DNA of 64,000 nt from an uncultured Alphaproteobacteria bacterium (GTDB taxonomy: Bacteria; Pseudomonadota; Alphaproteobacteria; Rhodobacterales; Rhodobacteraceae): positions 1,025,253 through 1,089,252 of the forward strand of contig CAWHTO010000001.1 of NCBI GenBank assembly GCA_963832295.1. Direction: 5' to 3'. Each line of letters starts with the position of its first letter. Within the stretch, counting starts at the first letter, position 1. A program made the translations under genes and the position numbers. Positions 1-9,658 of this stretch are shown in pieces. The notes below the pieces were generated by a model. That model searched no databases, had not been told where the DNA came from, and saw only the letters and a program-made list of their open reading frames with translations.

Positions 1-801
1 GGCCAATGGGCGGCGGAATACAACGAATGGCGCAAGGCAGATCTGAGCCGGGATGAATGGGTCTATGTCTGGGCGGACGGCATTTACAGCGGGTTGCGCG
101 GCACCGATGACCGGCTCTGCGTTCTTGTCGTCATCGGGGTCAACGCACGGGGAGAAAAGCATTTTCTTGCCATCGAGGACGGCGTCCGGGAAAGTACCCA
201 AAGTTGGCGAGAGGTACTGCTTGGTCTCAAAAGCAGGGGTCTTAGCTTCCCGAAACTGGGCATCGGCGATGGTGCTATGGGCTTCTGGTCAGCCCTGGAG
301 GAAGTGTTCCCCTCCACCAAACAGCAACGTTGTTGGGTGCATAAAACCGGCAACGTACTGAATTATCTACCCAAGCGTACCCAGCCAAAGGCCAAGAAGA
401 TGCTGCATGACATTTGGCAGGCTGAGACGCGAGAGGATGCGCATGCCGCTTTTGATCTGTTCATCGAAACCTTCGAGGCGAAGTACCCGAAGGCCACTGA
501 ATGTTTGATCAAGGACCGAGAAGAACTGATGACCTTTTACGACTTCCCGGCCCAGCACTGGCAAAGCATCCGCACGTCAAATCCCATCGAAAGCGCCTTC
601 GCGACGATACGGCATCGAACCAAGCGCACCAAAGGCTGCCTCAGCCGAGACGGTATGCTTCATATGATGTTTAAACTCGGCCAATGCGCAGAGAAAAGCT
701 GGCGCAAACTGCGCGGCTTTGTCCATCTCGCCGACGTCATTCAGGGCGTCGATTTCGTCAACGGCATCAAGCCATCAAACACAGATCAGGCCGCCGCATG
801 A
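1..801 (+). CDS. IS256-family (mutator-type) transposase, C-terminal part; 5' end lies outside the window
   Basis: Frame 1 is open from base 1 (GQWAAEYNEWRKADLSRDEWVYVWADGIY...) and runs into ORF 94..801. Motifs CWVHKTGNVL and FYDFPAQHWQSIRTSNPIESAF are typical of the Transposase_mut/IS256 family. Confidence 0.9.
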   Translation, partial: GQWAAEYNEWRKADLSRDEWVYVWADGIYSGLRGTDDRLCVLVVIGVNARGEKHFLAIEDGVRESTQSWREVLLGLKSRGLSFPKLGIGDGAMGFWSALEEVFPSTKQQRCWVHKTGNVLNYLPKRTQPKAKKMLHDIWQAETREDAHAAFDLFIETFEAKYPKATECLIKDREELMTFYDFPAQHWQSIRTSNPIESAFATIRHRTKRTKGCLSRDGMLHMMFKLGQCAEKSWRKLRGFVHLADVIQGVDFVNGIKPSNTDQAAA

Positions 802-842
802 CGACCGCTTGGACACCAGAATTGACAGTAGCTCACGGGACA
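1..842 (+). mobile_element. Right-hand portion of an IS256-family insertion sequence (transposase plus ~40 bp terminal region)
   Basis: The transposase stop is at 801. Homology of the neighbouring IS3 orfA remnant breaks at about 840, which places the IS256 end there. The terminal inverted repeat was not verified because the left end is outside the window. Confidence 0.6.
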
Positions 843-1134
843 ACAGACCGGCCTTGTCGAGCGCTCCTTCTAAAAAATCATTTTCCAGCGCCAGCTGGCC
901 AATCTTCGCATGCAGAGATTTGACGTCGATCTCCGGCGCCCTCGACGCCTTGGGCTTATCGTCAAACACATCTGACACGCCGTCGAGGAGCTGATCCTTC
1001 CACTGCATGATCTGGTTCGGATGTAGGTCGAATTGCGTCGTCAGCTCGCTCATCGTTCTGTCGCCCTTCAGCGCCGCTAATGCGACCTTCGCCTTGAAAG
1101 TAGGGCTGTGGTTCCGTCTGGGTCGTCTTGTCAT
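830..1134 (-). pseudogene. IS3-family transposase orfA (HTH, Transposase_8 type), 3'-truncated by the IS256 insertion; no orfB present
   Basis: MTRRPRRNHSPTFKAKVALAALKGDRTMSELTTQFDLHPNQIMQWKDQLL...LHAKIGQLALENDFLEGALDKAGLLS matches the IS3 orfA pattern. After GLLS the sequence becomes unrelated and no orfB follows. Confidence 0.75.
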
Positions 1135-1351
1135 CTTCGCTCCTTCGCCCCGGCAAAGCTGCCGGATTGGGAACGGAAAATCCACCTAACTCAACTGTTC
1201 AGATTTGTCGGGCCACCTCTGAGAGACCGCTGAGGGTGGCATCCATGTTGTTTGAAAGGGTCGCTTCCCCGCGTAGCATTGGGGCATAATCTGGGGCACT
1301 TTGACCCCAAGGGGGCCACAGCACTCGCTATATCGCTGATATGAGAGTACT

Positions 1352-1426
1352 TGGCTGGGGTGGTAGGATTCGAACCTACGATACACGGTACCAAAAACCG
1401 ATGCCTTACCGCTTGGCTACACCCCA
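1352..1426 (-). tRNA. tRNA-Gln (anticodon UUG)
   Basis: The reverse complement reads TGGGGTGTAGCCAAGCGGTAAGGCATCGGTTTTTGGTACCGTGTATCGTAGGTTCGAATCCTACCACCCCAGCCA. It has a 7-bp acceptor stem, a GGTTCGAATCC T-arm, anticodon loop TTTTGGT with TTG at positions 34-36, and an encoded CCA. Confidence 0.93.
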
Positions 1427-1515
1427 ACTGTGCGGCGGTAGTTACGCGCCCGCGCGGGTGGGATCAAGACCCTCGTTGCGATTTATCCCGCGCGATTTGA
1501 CCGGTGGGATTTCCG

Positions 1516-2847
1516 CTATTCCTGAGGGGCTTCGCCGCGCAGCAGATCATCGTCGGGAAGGGCTTCACGCTCGGCTTCGATTATTCCGTGCAACTCCGAT
1601 GCCTCATCAGTGCCGACGTTCTGCGCCTCGACATGCGCGGCGGGCGGGCTGGCTTGCGGGTCAGGGGCAGAACGCTGGTCTGCAGTGGCGTCGCGCAGAA
1701 GGCGGTACGCGGGATCCGGCATCGCAACTCCGGCTTCGTTCAGCCGCGCCATGACGACGCGGATCGCCTCGCCTTTTGCCATGCCAATGCCGGTCTCATG
1801 TTGTTTGATCCAACCGGCCGCGGCAACTTCGAGTGTCGAGTGTCCCAGACCTTCCACCCAGACAGCGGGGCTTGGGGTTTCCAGAAGGAACGGCAGCTCC
1901 TTCAGTGCCGCGAGAATGATCGTCTGCGCCTCCGCGATATCCGAATTCGGATCAATCCCGACGGTAAAGGTGAATCGCCTCTCGTCATTGCGGGTGTAGT
2001 TGATGATCCGCGCCTTGAAGACTGTCGCGTTGGGGATGCGGATGTGGTTGCCATCAAGGCTCAGCAGGATCGTGGCGCGGCTGGTCAGGCGGATGACGTG
2101 GCCCATGTCGCCTTCAATCTCCACCAGATCTTTGGGGCGGAACGGCTGCCGGATCGACAGCATGATGGATGAGATGAAGTTTTCCACCGTATCACGCACA
2201 GCAAAGCCGATGGCGAGGCCAACGATGCCCGCCGCGCCCAGGATCGTGCCCAGAAGGGCCGTTGCGTTCAACAGATCCAGTGCCAGCACCACGCCGAGTA
2301 CCAGGAACAGCAGTCGCACCACCTGACGGTAGATGTCGGCAATGAAGGCATTGGGCGCGATCGCGTCCCACGGCCACGATCGTCGGGCCAGCCACAGACC
2401 GAAGATGGCCATCAGAAGACCCGCGCTCAACGCGACGAGGATCAGGGGAGAGAAGGCGATGAACTGCTCCAGCCGCACGCGCATCCGATCAATGGCGGGG
2501 TTTAGCCGTTCAACGACATCCGTGCTCTCAGACACCGTATTCTCGATGGCGACCACACCGTCAACACGGGCAACCAGATCGTTCAGCGCGGCGATCCGAT
2601 TGGCGTCCACGACTGTCCCGCGCAGCGTTACGATGCCGTTTGAGACTGTTGCGCGCACATCGGAGTAGCCCTCAAGCTGCCCGAGGATATTCATGATCCG
2701 ATCGCGGGTGGCAAAATCCTGCGCCCGGTCGCTTTCCACGGCGATCGCTCCGTCAGGCTGACTGCCCTCGGTCTGGGCTATGGCAGTGGTGGCCAGGACA
2801 CCTGCGAGGAGCACCGCAAGGAGCGGTCTGAGAAGGCAGCGCGTCAT
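1516..2847 (-). CDS. Mechanosensitive ion channel family protein (MscS-like) with N-terminal BON-like segment
   Basis: The 443-aa ORF has a signal/TM N-terminus and a BON-like stretch (VTLRGTVVDANRIAALNDLVARVDGVVAIEN). It also has TM helices and the MscS beta-domain pattern IRQPFRPKDLVEIEGDMGHVIRLTSRATILLSLDGNHIRIPNATVF. Confidence 0.85.
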   Translation of the reverse strand: MTRCLLRPLLAVLLAGVLATTAIAQTEGSQPDGAIAVESDRAQDFATRDRIMNILGQLEGYSDVRATVSNGIVTLRGTVVDANRIAALNDLVARVDGVVAIENTVSESTDVVERLNPAIDRMRVRLEQFIAFSPLILVALSAGLLMAIFGLWLARRSWPWDAIAPNAFIADIYRQVVRLLFLVLGVVLALDLLNATALLGTILGAAGIVGLAIGFAVRDTVENFISSIMLSIRQPFRPKDLVEIEGDMGHVIRLTSRATILLSLDGNHIRIPNATVFKARIINYTRNDERRFTFTVGIDPNSDIAEAQTIILAALKELPFLLETPSPAVWVEGLGHSTLEVAAAGWIKQHETGIGMAKGEAIRVVMARLNEAGVAMPDPAYRLLRDATADQRSAPDPQASPPAAHVEAQNVGTDEASELHGIIEAEREALPDDDLLRGEAPQE

Positions 2848-3677
2848 AGCCGGACCGGGTGCGCCTTTGCGACCGCGTCGAGCGCCATCAGTGTGCCGAT
2901 CACCTCCTTCATGTCACTCAATCGGATCATGTTCGGCCCATCGGAGGGCGCATTGTCGGGGTCCTCGTGCGTTTCCAGAAACACCCCACCGATGCCAATC
3001 GCCACAGCCGCCCGCGCCAGAACAGGCGCAAATTCGCGTTGCCCGCCCGATGATCCGCCAAGCCCGCCGGGCTGCGCCACGGCGTGGGTGGCATCCATGA
3101 TCACCGGATAGCCCGTCTTTGCCATTTCCGGAAGGGACCGCATGTCTGCGACCAGAGTGTTGTAGCCGAACGACACGCCTCGCTCGGTCAGCAAAAGCCG
3201 CTCATTCCCGGTGCTGGCGACCTTGGCCACGACATTGGCCATATCCCACGGGGCCAGAAACTGGCCCTTCTTGACGTTGATCGCAGCCCCTGTTTCGCCT
3301 GCCGCCAACAGCAGGTCCGTCTGACGGCACAGGAACGCAGGAATTTGCAGGATGTCTACGGCCTCCGCCACATCCGCACATTGGTCGGGCGCGTGAACGT
3401 CTGTCAGCACGGGGCAGCCGAACTCGTCGCGGATTGCCGCCAATATCGCCAGCCCCGCATCCATCCCAAGGCCCCGCTGTCCGCCAAGCGAGGTGCGGTT
3501 GGCCTTGTCGTAGCTGCCTTTGAACACGAACTGCGCACCCGTGTCCCCGCAGACCTGTGCCATATGCCCGGCAATCATGCGCGCATGATCAAGGCTCTCT
3601 AGCTGACACGGCCCCGCAATCACTGTCAGCGGTGCGCCATTGGCGGCACGTACTCGGCCAATCTCGATGGTCTTCAT
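2844..3677 (-). CDS. kdsA: 3-deoxy-8-phosphooctulonate (KDO8P) synthase
   Basis: The 277-aa ORF carries LTVIAGPCQLES, FVFKGSYDKANRTS and AFLCRQTDLL motifs. It overlaps the downstream gene by 4 bp. Confidence 0.92.
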   Translation of the reverse strand: MKTIEIGRVRAANGAPLTVIAGPCQLESLDHARMIAGHMAQVCGDTGAQFVFKGSYDKANRTSLGGQRGLGMDAGLAILAAIRDEFGCPVLTDVHAPDQCADVAEAVDILQIPAFLCRQTDLLLAAGETGAAINVKKGQFLAPWDMANVVAKVASTGNERLLLTERGVSFGYNTLVADMRSLPEMAKTGYPVIMDATHAVAQPGGLGGSSGGQREFAPVLARAAVAIGIGGVFLETHEDPDNAPSDGPNMIRLSDMKEVIGTLMALDAVAKAHPVRL

Positions 3678-3724
3678 CAGGCAATCCCCTTAGGCGCGCG
3701 AGACACGCCCCCAGGCTTGCGTGA

Positions 3725-5494
3725 TCAGGAACTTATCTGTTCACGAAGGATAGAGGCGGTCATGGATATCATAAGGTAGATGCCAGAAAACACGACAAGT
3801 GCAAGCAACGTCTTCTCGAATGCCTTGGGATAAGCCGCCTCATCCGGTGCAATCGGAAACACACCCATGGAGATATAAAGCGTCTGCCGGTTTGCTTCTG
3901 ACCGCGCCGATTCCATTGCCTGCAAGGCTTCGGTCAGCATCAGCTGACGGGTCTCCAGATCGGCCTGCGCAATGACCAACTCCGACTGGATACGCGCGAG
4001 GGAGACTTCGCCCTGCGCCTCTTCCGTCAGCGACGCGCGCAAATCCGCGATCAAGTCCTCGTAGCGGGCGATGCTTTCCTCGGCCACGCGCACGCGAGTG
4101 GGATTAGGGCGCGGTGAGGCGTTGATTTCAGCCAGGCGCAGCCTCTGCTCGGTGGCAAGGCTCTCAAATGTGGCGATCTGGCCGAACACCTGGTTGACCT
4201 CGGCCTCCGCCGACAAGACGCCGCGTTGTTCCTGCAATTCCAACACCCGCATCTGTGCGACAAGTGACCGTTCCTCCGCTTCGGCGAAGCTTTCGCGGGC
4301 GCCCGCCATCTGATCTTCGCGCAGGCGGGAAGACATTTGGTCGACCCTCTCCTCTGCGTAGGCGATCAATGCCTCGGAAAAGGCCTGCGACGTTGCGCTG
4401 TCGGCGGCCAGTACTTCCATCCTTATCAGGCCCTCAGTCGGATCATAGCCAATGGTCAGGTTGCGCAAGTAGGTCACGTACATCTGCTCGTCCGAGGCAT
4501 CAGGGGCCAATCGGATCAACGGATCAATATCGTCGCCTGAGAAATGCGCGCGGAATCCCTGCTCCCGGTCCAGCCGCAGCATCGCCTCGCGGCTCTCAAG
4601 GTAGCTTTGAACGGTGATGGATTCCTGCACCGTCGCAAAACTGGTGCCCCCAAGCAGCCCGCCAAGCCCGCCGGCACCGCCTGATGGGGCGGATTCTGCC
4701 TTTTGAATCACAAACTCGGTGTTGGTGGCGAAAAGCGGCGTTGCCACTGCGTAGTAGTAGTAGCTGATCAACATCGTCGGCAGCAGGATGAACAGCGTCA
4801 GCCGCGTGGCCAATTGGATCAGCTTTCGGCGGCGGCGGCGCACGATGTCACGCTGCACACCCATAATCTCTGCAGCGCGGGATTCAGGGGAATGGCGTCC
4901 ACCGCCCGGTGTACCGGGGGCGGGCTTTATGGCGGGCACCTGCGCGGTTTCGGCACGCACCGGCAGCGTGTTGCCGCCTGCGGGCACGGCACCTGCTGCA
5001 ACCCCACCGTGTAGACCGGGAGGGGCGCCGTCGTTCTTACTGACAACAAGTTCAAGCATATTGTTTTGGCCAAACGGATCCAGGCCACGCGCCCGCAACT
5101 GGCGCACCGCGTCAAAATCCGAGGAGGGTTGAAGTCCGTGTTTCTGGGCGGCCCGGCGCGCCATGCGCAGTTGCCGACCCGTCAGCCCCTCGGCCCGGAT
5201 CGCGACCAACTGCGCTTCCACGGTTTCCGCAGGCGCGCTACTTGATAAGTCCGCCGCAGCACGGTCCGCAGCCGCAGACCCCGGCAATGCCAGATTGCCA
5301 AACCCGTCCGATGTGCGGCCGGGCAGGCTGGTATCTTCCACGTCTACCTGCGGCGCAGCGGAGGGCGAAGGCTGAGCGGTTCCGGCTGGTGCCTGTACCT
5401 CAGCTTCAGGCACGGTCGCGGCGCCAGCGGCAGCCGCTGCTTCGCCTTCGCTACGCCGGATGCGGAATTTTCTAGCTTTGGGTTTCGTAGTCAT
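3725..5494 (-). CDS. kpsE: Capsule polysaccharide export inner-membrane protein (KpsE/CtrB-like) with a long low-complexity N-terminal extension
   Basis: The C-terminal ~370 aa show a TM helix, a coiled-coil periplasmic region and a C-terminal TM (LLALVVFSGIYLMISMTASILREQ), as in KpsE. The N-terminal ~220 aa are Ala/Pro-rich. The gene is adjacent to kpsT. Confidence 0.7.
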   Translation of the reverse strand: MTTKPKARKFRIRRSEGEAAAAAGAATVPEAEVQAPAGTAQPSPSAAPQVDVEDTSLPGRTSDGFGNLALPGSAAADRAAADLSSSAPAETVEAQLVAIRAEGLTGRQLRMARRAAQKHGLQPSSDFDAVRQLRARGLDPFGQNNMLELVVSKNDGAPPGLHGGVAAGAVPAGGNTLPVRAETAQVPAIKPAPGTPGGGRHSPESRAAEIMGVQRDIVRRRRRKLIQLATRLTLFILLPTMLISYYYYAVATPLFATNTEFVIQKAESAPSGGAGGLGGLLGGTSFATVQESITVQSYLESREAMLRLDREQGFRAHFSGDDIDPLIRLAPDASDEQMYVTYLRNLTIGYDPTEGLIRMEVLAADSATSQAFSEALIAYAEERVDQMSSRLREDQMAGARESFAEAEERSLVAQMRVLELQEQRGVLSAEAEVNQVFGQIATFESLATEQRLRLAEINASPRPNPTRVRVAEESIARYEDLIADLRASLTEEAQGEVSLARIQSELVIAQADLETRQLMLTEALQAMESARSEANRQTLYISMGVFPIAPDEAAYPKAFEKTLLALVVFSGIYLMISMTASILREQISS

Positions 5495-6131
5495 AAAGCT
5501 GCTTTGCCTCTTCCAGCGTGTCGAACATATGCAGTTTTCCGTCCCTCAGAACGGCCGCCTGACGCGCAAATTTTTCCAGCGTTTCGGCCTGGTGCGAGAC
5601 GATGATCACCGTCGCGTGCTTTAGCCGCTCAGCCAGAATACCACCCGCGCGCTGATTGAATTCAGCGTCTGTGGATCCGGGCATTCCTTCGTCGATCAGA
5701 TATATATCAAACTCCAGCGCCAGCAGGAGAGAGAAGTTGAACCGGGCGCTCATGCCGGACGAATAGGTCCCGATGGGCATGTCAAAGTATTCCTCGATCC
5801 CGCAGACCCAGCGGCAGAACGCCTCCACGTAGTCGGGGTCCAGACCGTAGAGTTGCGCAATGTAGCGGGAGTTTTCCATGGCCGAGAGTTTGCTAACCAC
5901 GCCACCCATGAACCCCAGTGGAAAGGAGATGCGCGCACCGCGCGTGATCGTGCCTTCGTCGGGTTTTTCCAGCCCGCACATCATTTTGATCAGGGTCGTC
6001 TTGCCGGTGCCGTTGGGGGCCAGAATGCCCATGGAATAACCGATGTCCACGCGGAATGAGGCGCGATCAAGGATCACCTTGCGCCGCTCACCAGTCCAGA
6101 AGGACTTCGATACGCCTGAGAACTCCAACAT
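5472..6131 (-). CDS. kpsT: Capsule polysaccharide ABC transporter ATP-binding protein (KpsT-like)
   Basis: The 219-aa single NBD has Walker A GILAPNGTGKTT, signature YSSGMSARF and Walker B IYLIDE. Confidence 0.85.
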   Translation of the reverse strand: MLEFSGVSKSFWTGERRKVILDRASFRVDIGYSMGILAPNGTGKTTLIKMMCGLEKPDEGTITRGARISFPLGFMGGVVSKLSAMENSRYIAQLYGLDPDYVEAFCRWVCGIEEYFDMPIGTYSSGMSARFNFSLLLALEFDIYLIDEGMPGSTDAEFNQRAGGILAERLKHATVIIVSHQAETLEKFARQAAVLRDGKLHMFDTLEEAKQLYDYETQS

Positions 6132-6281
6132 CCTAAATGCCGCCCACTTATGCCTGCCAGTGCACCTCGTCTTACACGCAAGGTGTCACCAATACGGAAA
6201 CATACTGTTCCAATAGGGCAGTATTATGTCCAATTCACCTGTAAGTCACAGGGAAATATGGGGCGGGCGCCGCGTATCTGG

Positions 6282-7547
6282 CTAGAGTTCCTGTTTTTGG
6301 ACCCGCGTGAGCTTGCCGACCACGATCGAGACCACCGCCGCCCCGAAAGACAGCAGCGCGCCCATCTTCGCCGCGTCCTGGACCTCGCCGGCCTCGAACG
6401 CGACCGAGGCCACGAACAAAGACACGGTAAAGCCGATGGCAGCGACACACCCGATCACAATCAAATCAATGAGCCGCATGCCTTGCGGCAGACCCAACCC
6501 CATGGGTTTCGCGGCCAGCCAGCCAAACAGGAAGATGCCGACAGGCTTGCCGATCAGAAGGCCGGCAAGAACCAGCCAGGTAGCGTCGCCCATGGCAGAA
6601 AACGCAACGCCCGCATTCATCAGGCCGAACAGGCCTAGGATGATCTCGACGGGGTATTTCAGTGCATGCTCCATCGTGTTCAAAAGATCGTGCAGATGCT
6701 CCTCCGCGGCAGAAAAGAGTCCGAATGCCCGGTCGGCGTGCGGGATCGTCACGACGATGGGCAGAAGACCAAGTGCCGGGTGCAGACCGGATTCCTGGAA
6801 CCCGTACCAGCTTGCGCATCCGGCCAAGGCATAGGGCCAGAACGACAGTTTCTGTCGGACCCAGGTCGAGCGGCGGCGCAATTGATCGCCGCGGTCCAGA
6901 TAGCGTGGCAACCAATTGGCCAGCACGTATACACCGACGGCAGAGCCAAACGACAACAGCAGCCACATTGGCGCAAGTTCGCCGGAAGGGTAGAAAATCG
7001 CCAGGATCAACAGGCCTGCCGCGTCGTCCGCGATCGCCAGCAAAAGCAGGAACCGCACGGCCGGGTGGCCCGCGCCAAACACGATCCGCCCCACGAGGTA
7101 GGAAAAGGCGATATCGGTGGCAGTGGGTATGGCCCACCCGTTGGCCACCGCGTCATAGGTCGACGATCCCAGGAAATAAGCGATGCCAAGGTAGACGGAG
7201 ATCGGGCCGACCATGCCGCCCACAGTGGCTATCAGCGGAGTCGCGGCTTTTCTGCCACGCAGGGAGCCGTTTTTCAGGATCACCGCCTCCCACACCTCTT
7301 TCGCGGCGATGGCGAAGAACAGCGCCATCAGCACATCGTTCACAAAGTAGTGAAGCGTCAGGGTGCGGTAGGCCTCACCCCCATCTTCGGCGGCATTGAG
7401 ATAGCCGATGGGGGCATTTTCCCAAATCACGAATTCTGTGAAATAATGATACCCGTCAATGTCCAGATTAGCCCAAATCAGTGCAACAATCGCACCACTA
7501 ATCAACAGCAGGGAATACCCCGCTACGAAATTCCAGACCCGATACAT
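6282..7547 (-). CDS. nhaA: Na+/H+ antiporter NhaA
   Basis: The 421-aa polytopic ORF carries IPTATDIAF and LLLLAIADDAAGLLILAIFY motifs. Confidence 0.9.
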   Translation of the reverse strand: MYRVWNFVAGYSLLLISGAIVALIWANLDIDGYHYFTEFVIWENAPIGYLNAAEDGGEAYRTLTLHYFVNDVLMALFFAIAAKEVWEAVILKNGSLRGRKAATPLIATVGGMVGPISVYLGIAYFLGSSTYDAVANGWAIPTATDIAFSYLVGRIVFGAGHPAVRFLLLLAIADDAAGLLILAIFYPSGELAPMWLLLSFGSAVGVYVLANWLPRYLDRGDQLRRRSTWVRQKLSFWPYALAGCASWYGFQESGLHPALGLLPIVVTIPHADRAFGLFSAAEEHLHDLLNTMEHALKYPVEIILGLFGLMNAGVAFSAMGDATWLVLAGLLIGKPVGIFLFGWLAAKPMGLGLPQGMRLIDLIVIGCVAAIGFTVSLFVASVAFEAGEVQDAAKMGALLSFGAAVVSIVVGKLTRVQKQEL

Positions 7548-7620
7548 GTGCTATCCCCGATTTGCCGCCGTCCCAACTCGTTTGTTGGTGTTACCCAATG
7601 GACGCGGCCAGGTCCATAGC

Positions 7621-8646
7621 TCAGGCGATTACGCTCCAGACCAGACCCGCGCCAACGGCCCCGATCAGGGCAAGGCCCAGATAGGCCACAAACACGCGCG
7701 GTTTGACCAGAGCCCAGACCGCGACAGCGGCCGGGATCGAGCTGACGCCGCCCGCGATCACGAAGGACATCGCCGCACCGGGGCTCATACCCTGTTCCAA
7801 CAGACCTGCGATCAGCGGCACGGCGGCATACCCGTTCAGGTAGGCAGGAGCGCCCACGAAAGCGCCGATGATGATAGGCACCACGCCGTCGCCACCCACA
7901 ACATTCGCGATCAGCGCGGCGGGGACGAATTTGATCAGCAGCGATTGCAGCAGATAAGCAAACATCAGCCATTTGCCGAGGAAGAGGAAGTTGTCCCAAA
8001 CGGATTGCGCGAAGGTACGACGGCGGTCCGCCTCCTGCCAGAAGCGCCAGTTGAGCGTGGCCTTCCTGGCCGAACAGCAGCCACCCACCTTGGGCGTCGC
8101 ACGCAACGGATCTGCAAAGACAGGCGATTTGGCGAACGTCATCACCATCGCACCGCCGAACAGGCCCAGGGCCACGGCCGCAACCGTCTTGGCAATCGCG
8201 AACTCAAACCCGATGCCGCCTGCGGTAATCGCGAACATGGCCGGGTCCATCAGCGGTGAGGCAAGCCAGAAGGCCATGACCGCACTTAGCGGAACGCCAG
8301 CTACCAGAAGCGCCGCGACGAATGGGATTACCTGGCAGGAACAGAAGGGCGAGAGCCCTCCTGCCAACGCACCGATCACGATCATCCGCACCTCCCGGCC
8401 CGCGAAAGCGCCATCCAGCAGCCGCTCTGACCCGGTGGCCTTCATCACGCCAATGGCTACAATGGCGAACAGGATAAACGGCAAGGTTCTTCCGAAACTC
8501 TCCATCGTGTCAGCCAGGGTCGGGACCACGGCGTTGCGGTCATAGATCGCCAGGACCGCGAGGATCAACACGAAGGTCACGGCGACCTTGTCAATGCGGT
8601 GCCAAAGCTGCGGCAGCAGGCGCGGGGCGAGTGTCTGATCAGCCAT
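7621..8646 (-). CDS. Permease of the COG0701/ArsP-like family
   Basis: The multi-TM ORF contains LSPFCSCQVIPFV. The start was chosen at ATG 8646 (MADQTLAPRLL...), which overlaps the arsR stop by 8 bp; the upstream part of the tracked ORF lies inside arsR. Confidence 0.75.
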   Translation of the reverse strand: MADQTLAPRLLPQLWHRIDKVAVTFVLILAVLAIYDRNAVVPTLADTMESFGRTLPFILFAIVAIGVMKATGSERLLDGAFAGREVRMIVIGALAGGLSPFCSCQVIPFVAALLVAGVPLSAVMAFWLASPLMDPAMFAITAGGIGFEFAIAKTVAAVALGLFGGAMVMTFAKSPVFADPLRATPKVGGCCSARKATLNWRFWQEADRRRTFAQSVWDNFLFLGKWLMFAYLLQSLLIKFVPAALIANVVGGDGVVPIIIGAFVGAPAYLNGYAAVPLIAGLLEQGMSPGAAMSFVIAGGVSSIPAAVAVWALVKPRVFVAYLGLALIGAVGAGLVWSVIA

Positions 8647-8980
8647 TTTGGCCTCCGTTTCCATCCATGCTCTGGTCGGCACAGCATTCCGCGATGAGAA
8701 ATCCGGACAGCGCCGCAATTGCCGGATGGTCGATGGTCGACAGGATCCGCCGCCCGTCCTTGCGTTGGGCCACAAGCCCTGCGGACACCAATTGTTTGAG
8801 GTGATGGGTCAACACTGATCCTGTAACGCCCACATCTTCTCCCAATTCTCCCATCGGCAGGCCGGCGGGGCCCGCGCGCACAAGGCGGCGGACGATGGCG
8901 AGGCGTTGCTCGGAGCCGAGCGCGGCAAAGGCTGTGGCCGCCAGGGTAAGTTCGGGGAGGGGGGGGCTTATCTGTTTCAT
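8639..8980 (-). CDS. ArsR/SmtB-family transcriptional regulator
   Basis: The 113-aa winged-HTH protein carries RLAIVRRLV...MGELGEDVGVTGSVLTHHLKQLVSAGLV. It is translationally coupled to the permease. Confidence 0.88.
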   Translation of the reverse strand: MKQISPPLPELTLAATAFAALGSEQRLAIVRRLVRAGPAGLPMGELGEDVGVTGSVLTHHLKQLVSAGLVAQRKDGRRILSTIDHPAIAALSGFLIAECCADQSMDGNGGQNG

Positions 8981-9055
8981 GATTCTATCATTATAGAAAT
9001 AACGAAACGATGGGAAGTCCTTTTCTTGGCGGCGTTCCGGCGTAAGTTACGGGCA

Positions 9056-9658
9056 ATGCCGGATCTGAGCACAATCGCAAAAGACCTCAGCGCCTGCCGT
9101 CTTTGTGCAGACCGCTTTGCCGCGACACAAACCCAGCATCGCCCGAATCCCGTCGCATGGTTCAAACCCGGCGCGCGCGTCATGATCGCGGGCCAGGCGC
9201 CGGAAATGCGGGTCCATCTGAGCAACACGCCGTTCCGGGACCAATCTGGTGTGCGGTTGCGCGACTGGATGGGGGTGGAGGAGGACAGGTTCTATGACCG
9301 CGACCGTGTGGCCATTGTGCCTATGGCTTTCTGCTTTCCGGGCTACAATGCGAAAGGCTCGGATCTGCCTCCGCCGAAAATCTGCGCTGCCACATGGCGC
9401 GCACCGATCATAGAGGCGCTTGCGGACGTGCGCCTGACCCTCCTGATCGGGGTCTATGCGCAGGGCTGGCACCTGAGGGGAAAGGCGTCGGTCACCGACC
9501 GGGTATCGGCCTGGCGCGACCATGCGCCCGCCGTCTTTCCCTTGCCTCACCCGTCGTGGCGCAATACCGCATGGATCAAACGCAACCCGTGGTTCGAGGC
9601 CGAGCTTCTGCCTTGCCTGCGCGCCCGTGTGTCGGAGGTGTTAAATGACCCCACTTGA
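9056..9658 (+). CDS. Uracil-DNA glycosylase superfamily protein
   Basis: The start is at ATG 9056 (MPDLSTIAKDLSACRLCADRF). Motifs IAGQAPE and LPHPSWRN are present. Confidence 0.8.
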   Translation: MPDLSTIAKDLSACRLCADRFAATQTQHRPNPVAWFKPGARVMIAGQAPEMRVHLSNTPFRDQSGVRLRDWMGVEEDRFYDRDRVAIVPMAFCFPGYNAKGSDLPPPKICAATWRAPIIEALADVRLTLLIGVYAQGWHLRGKASVTDRVSAWRDHAPAVFPLPHPSWRNTAWIKRNPWFEAELLPCLRARVSEVLNDPT

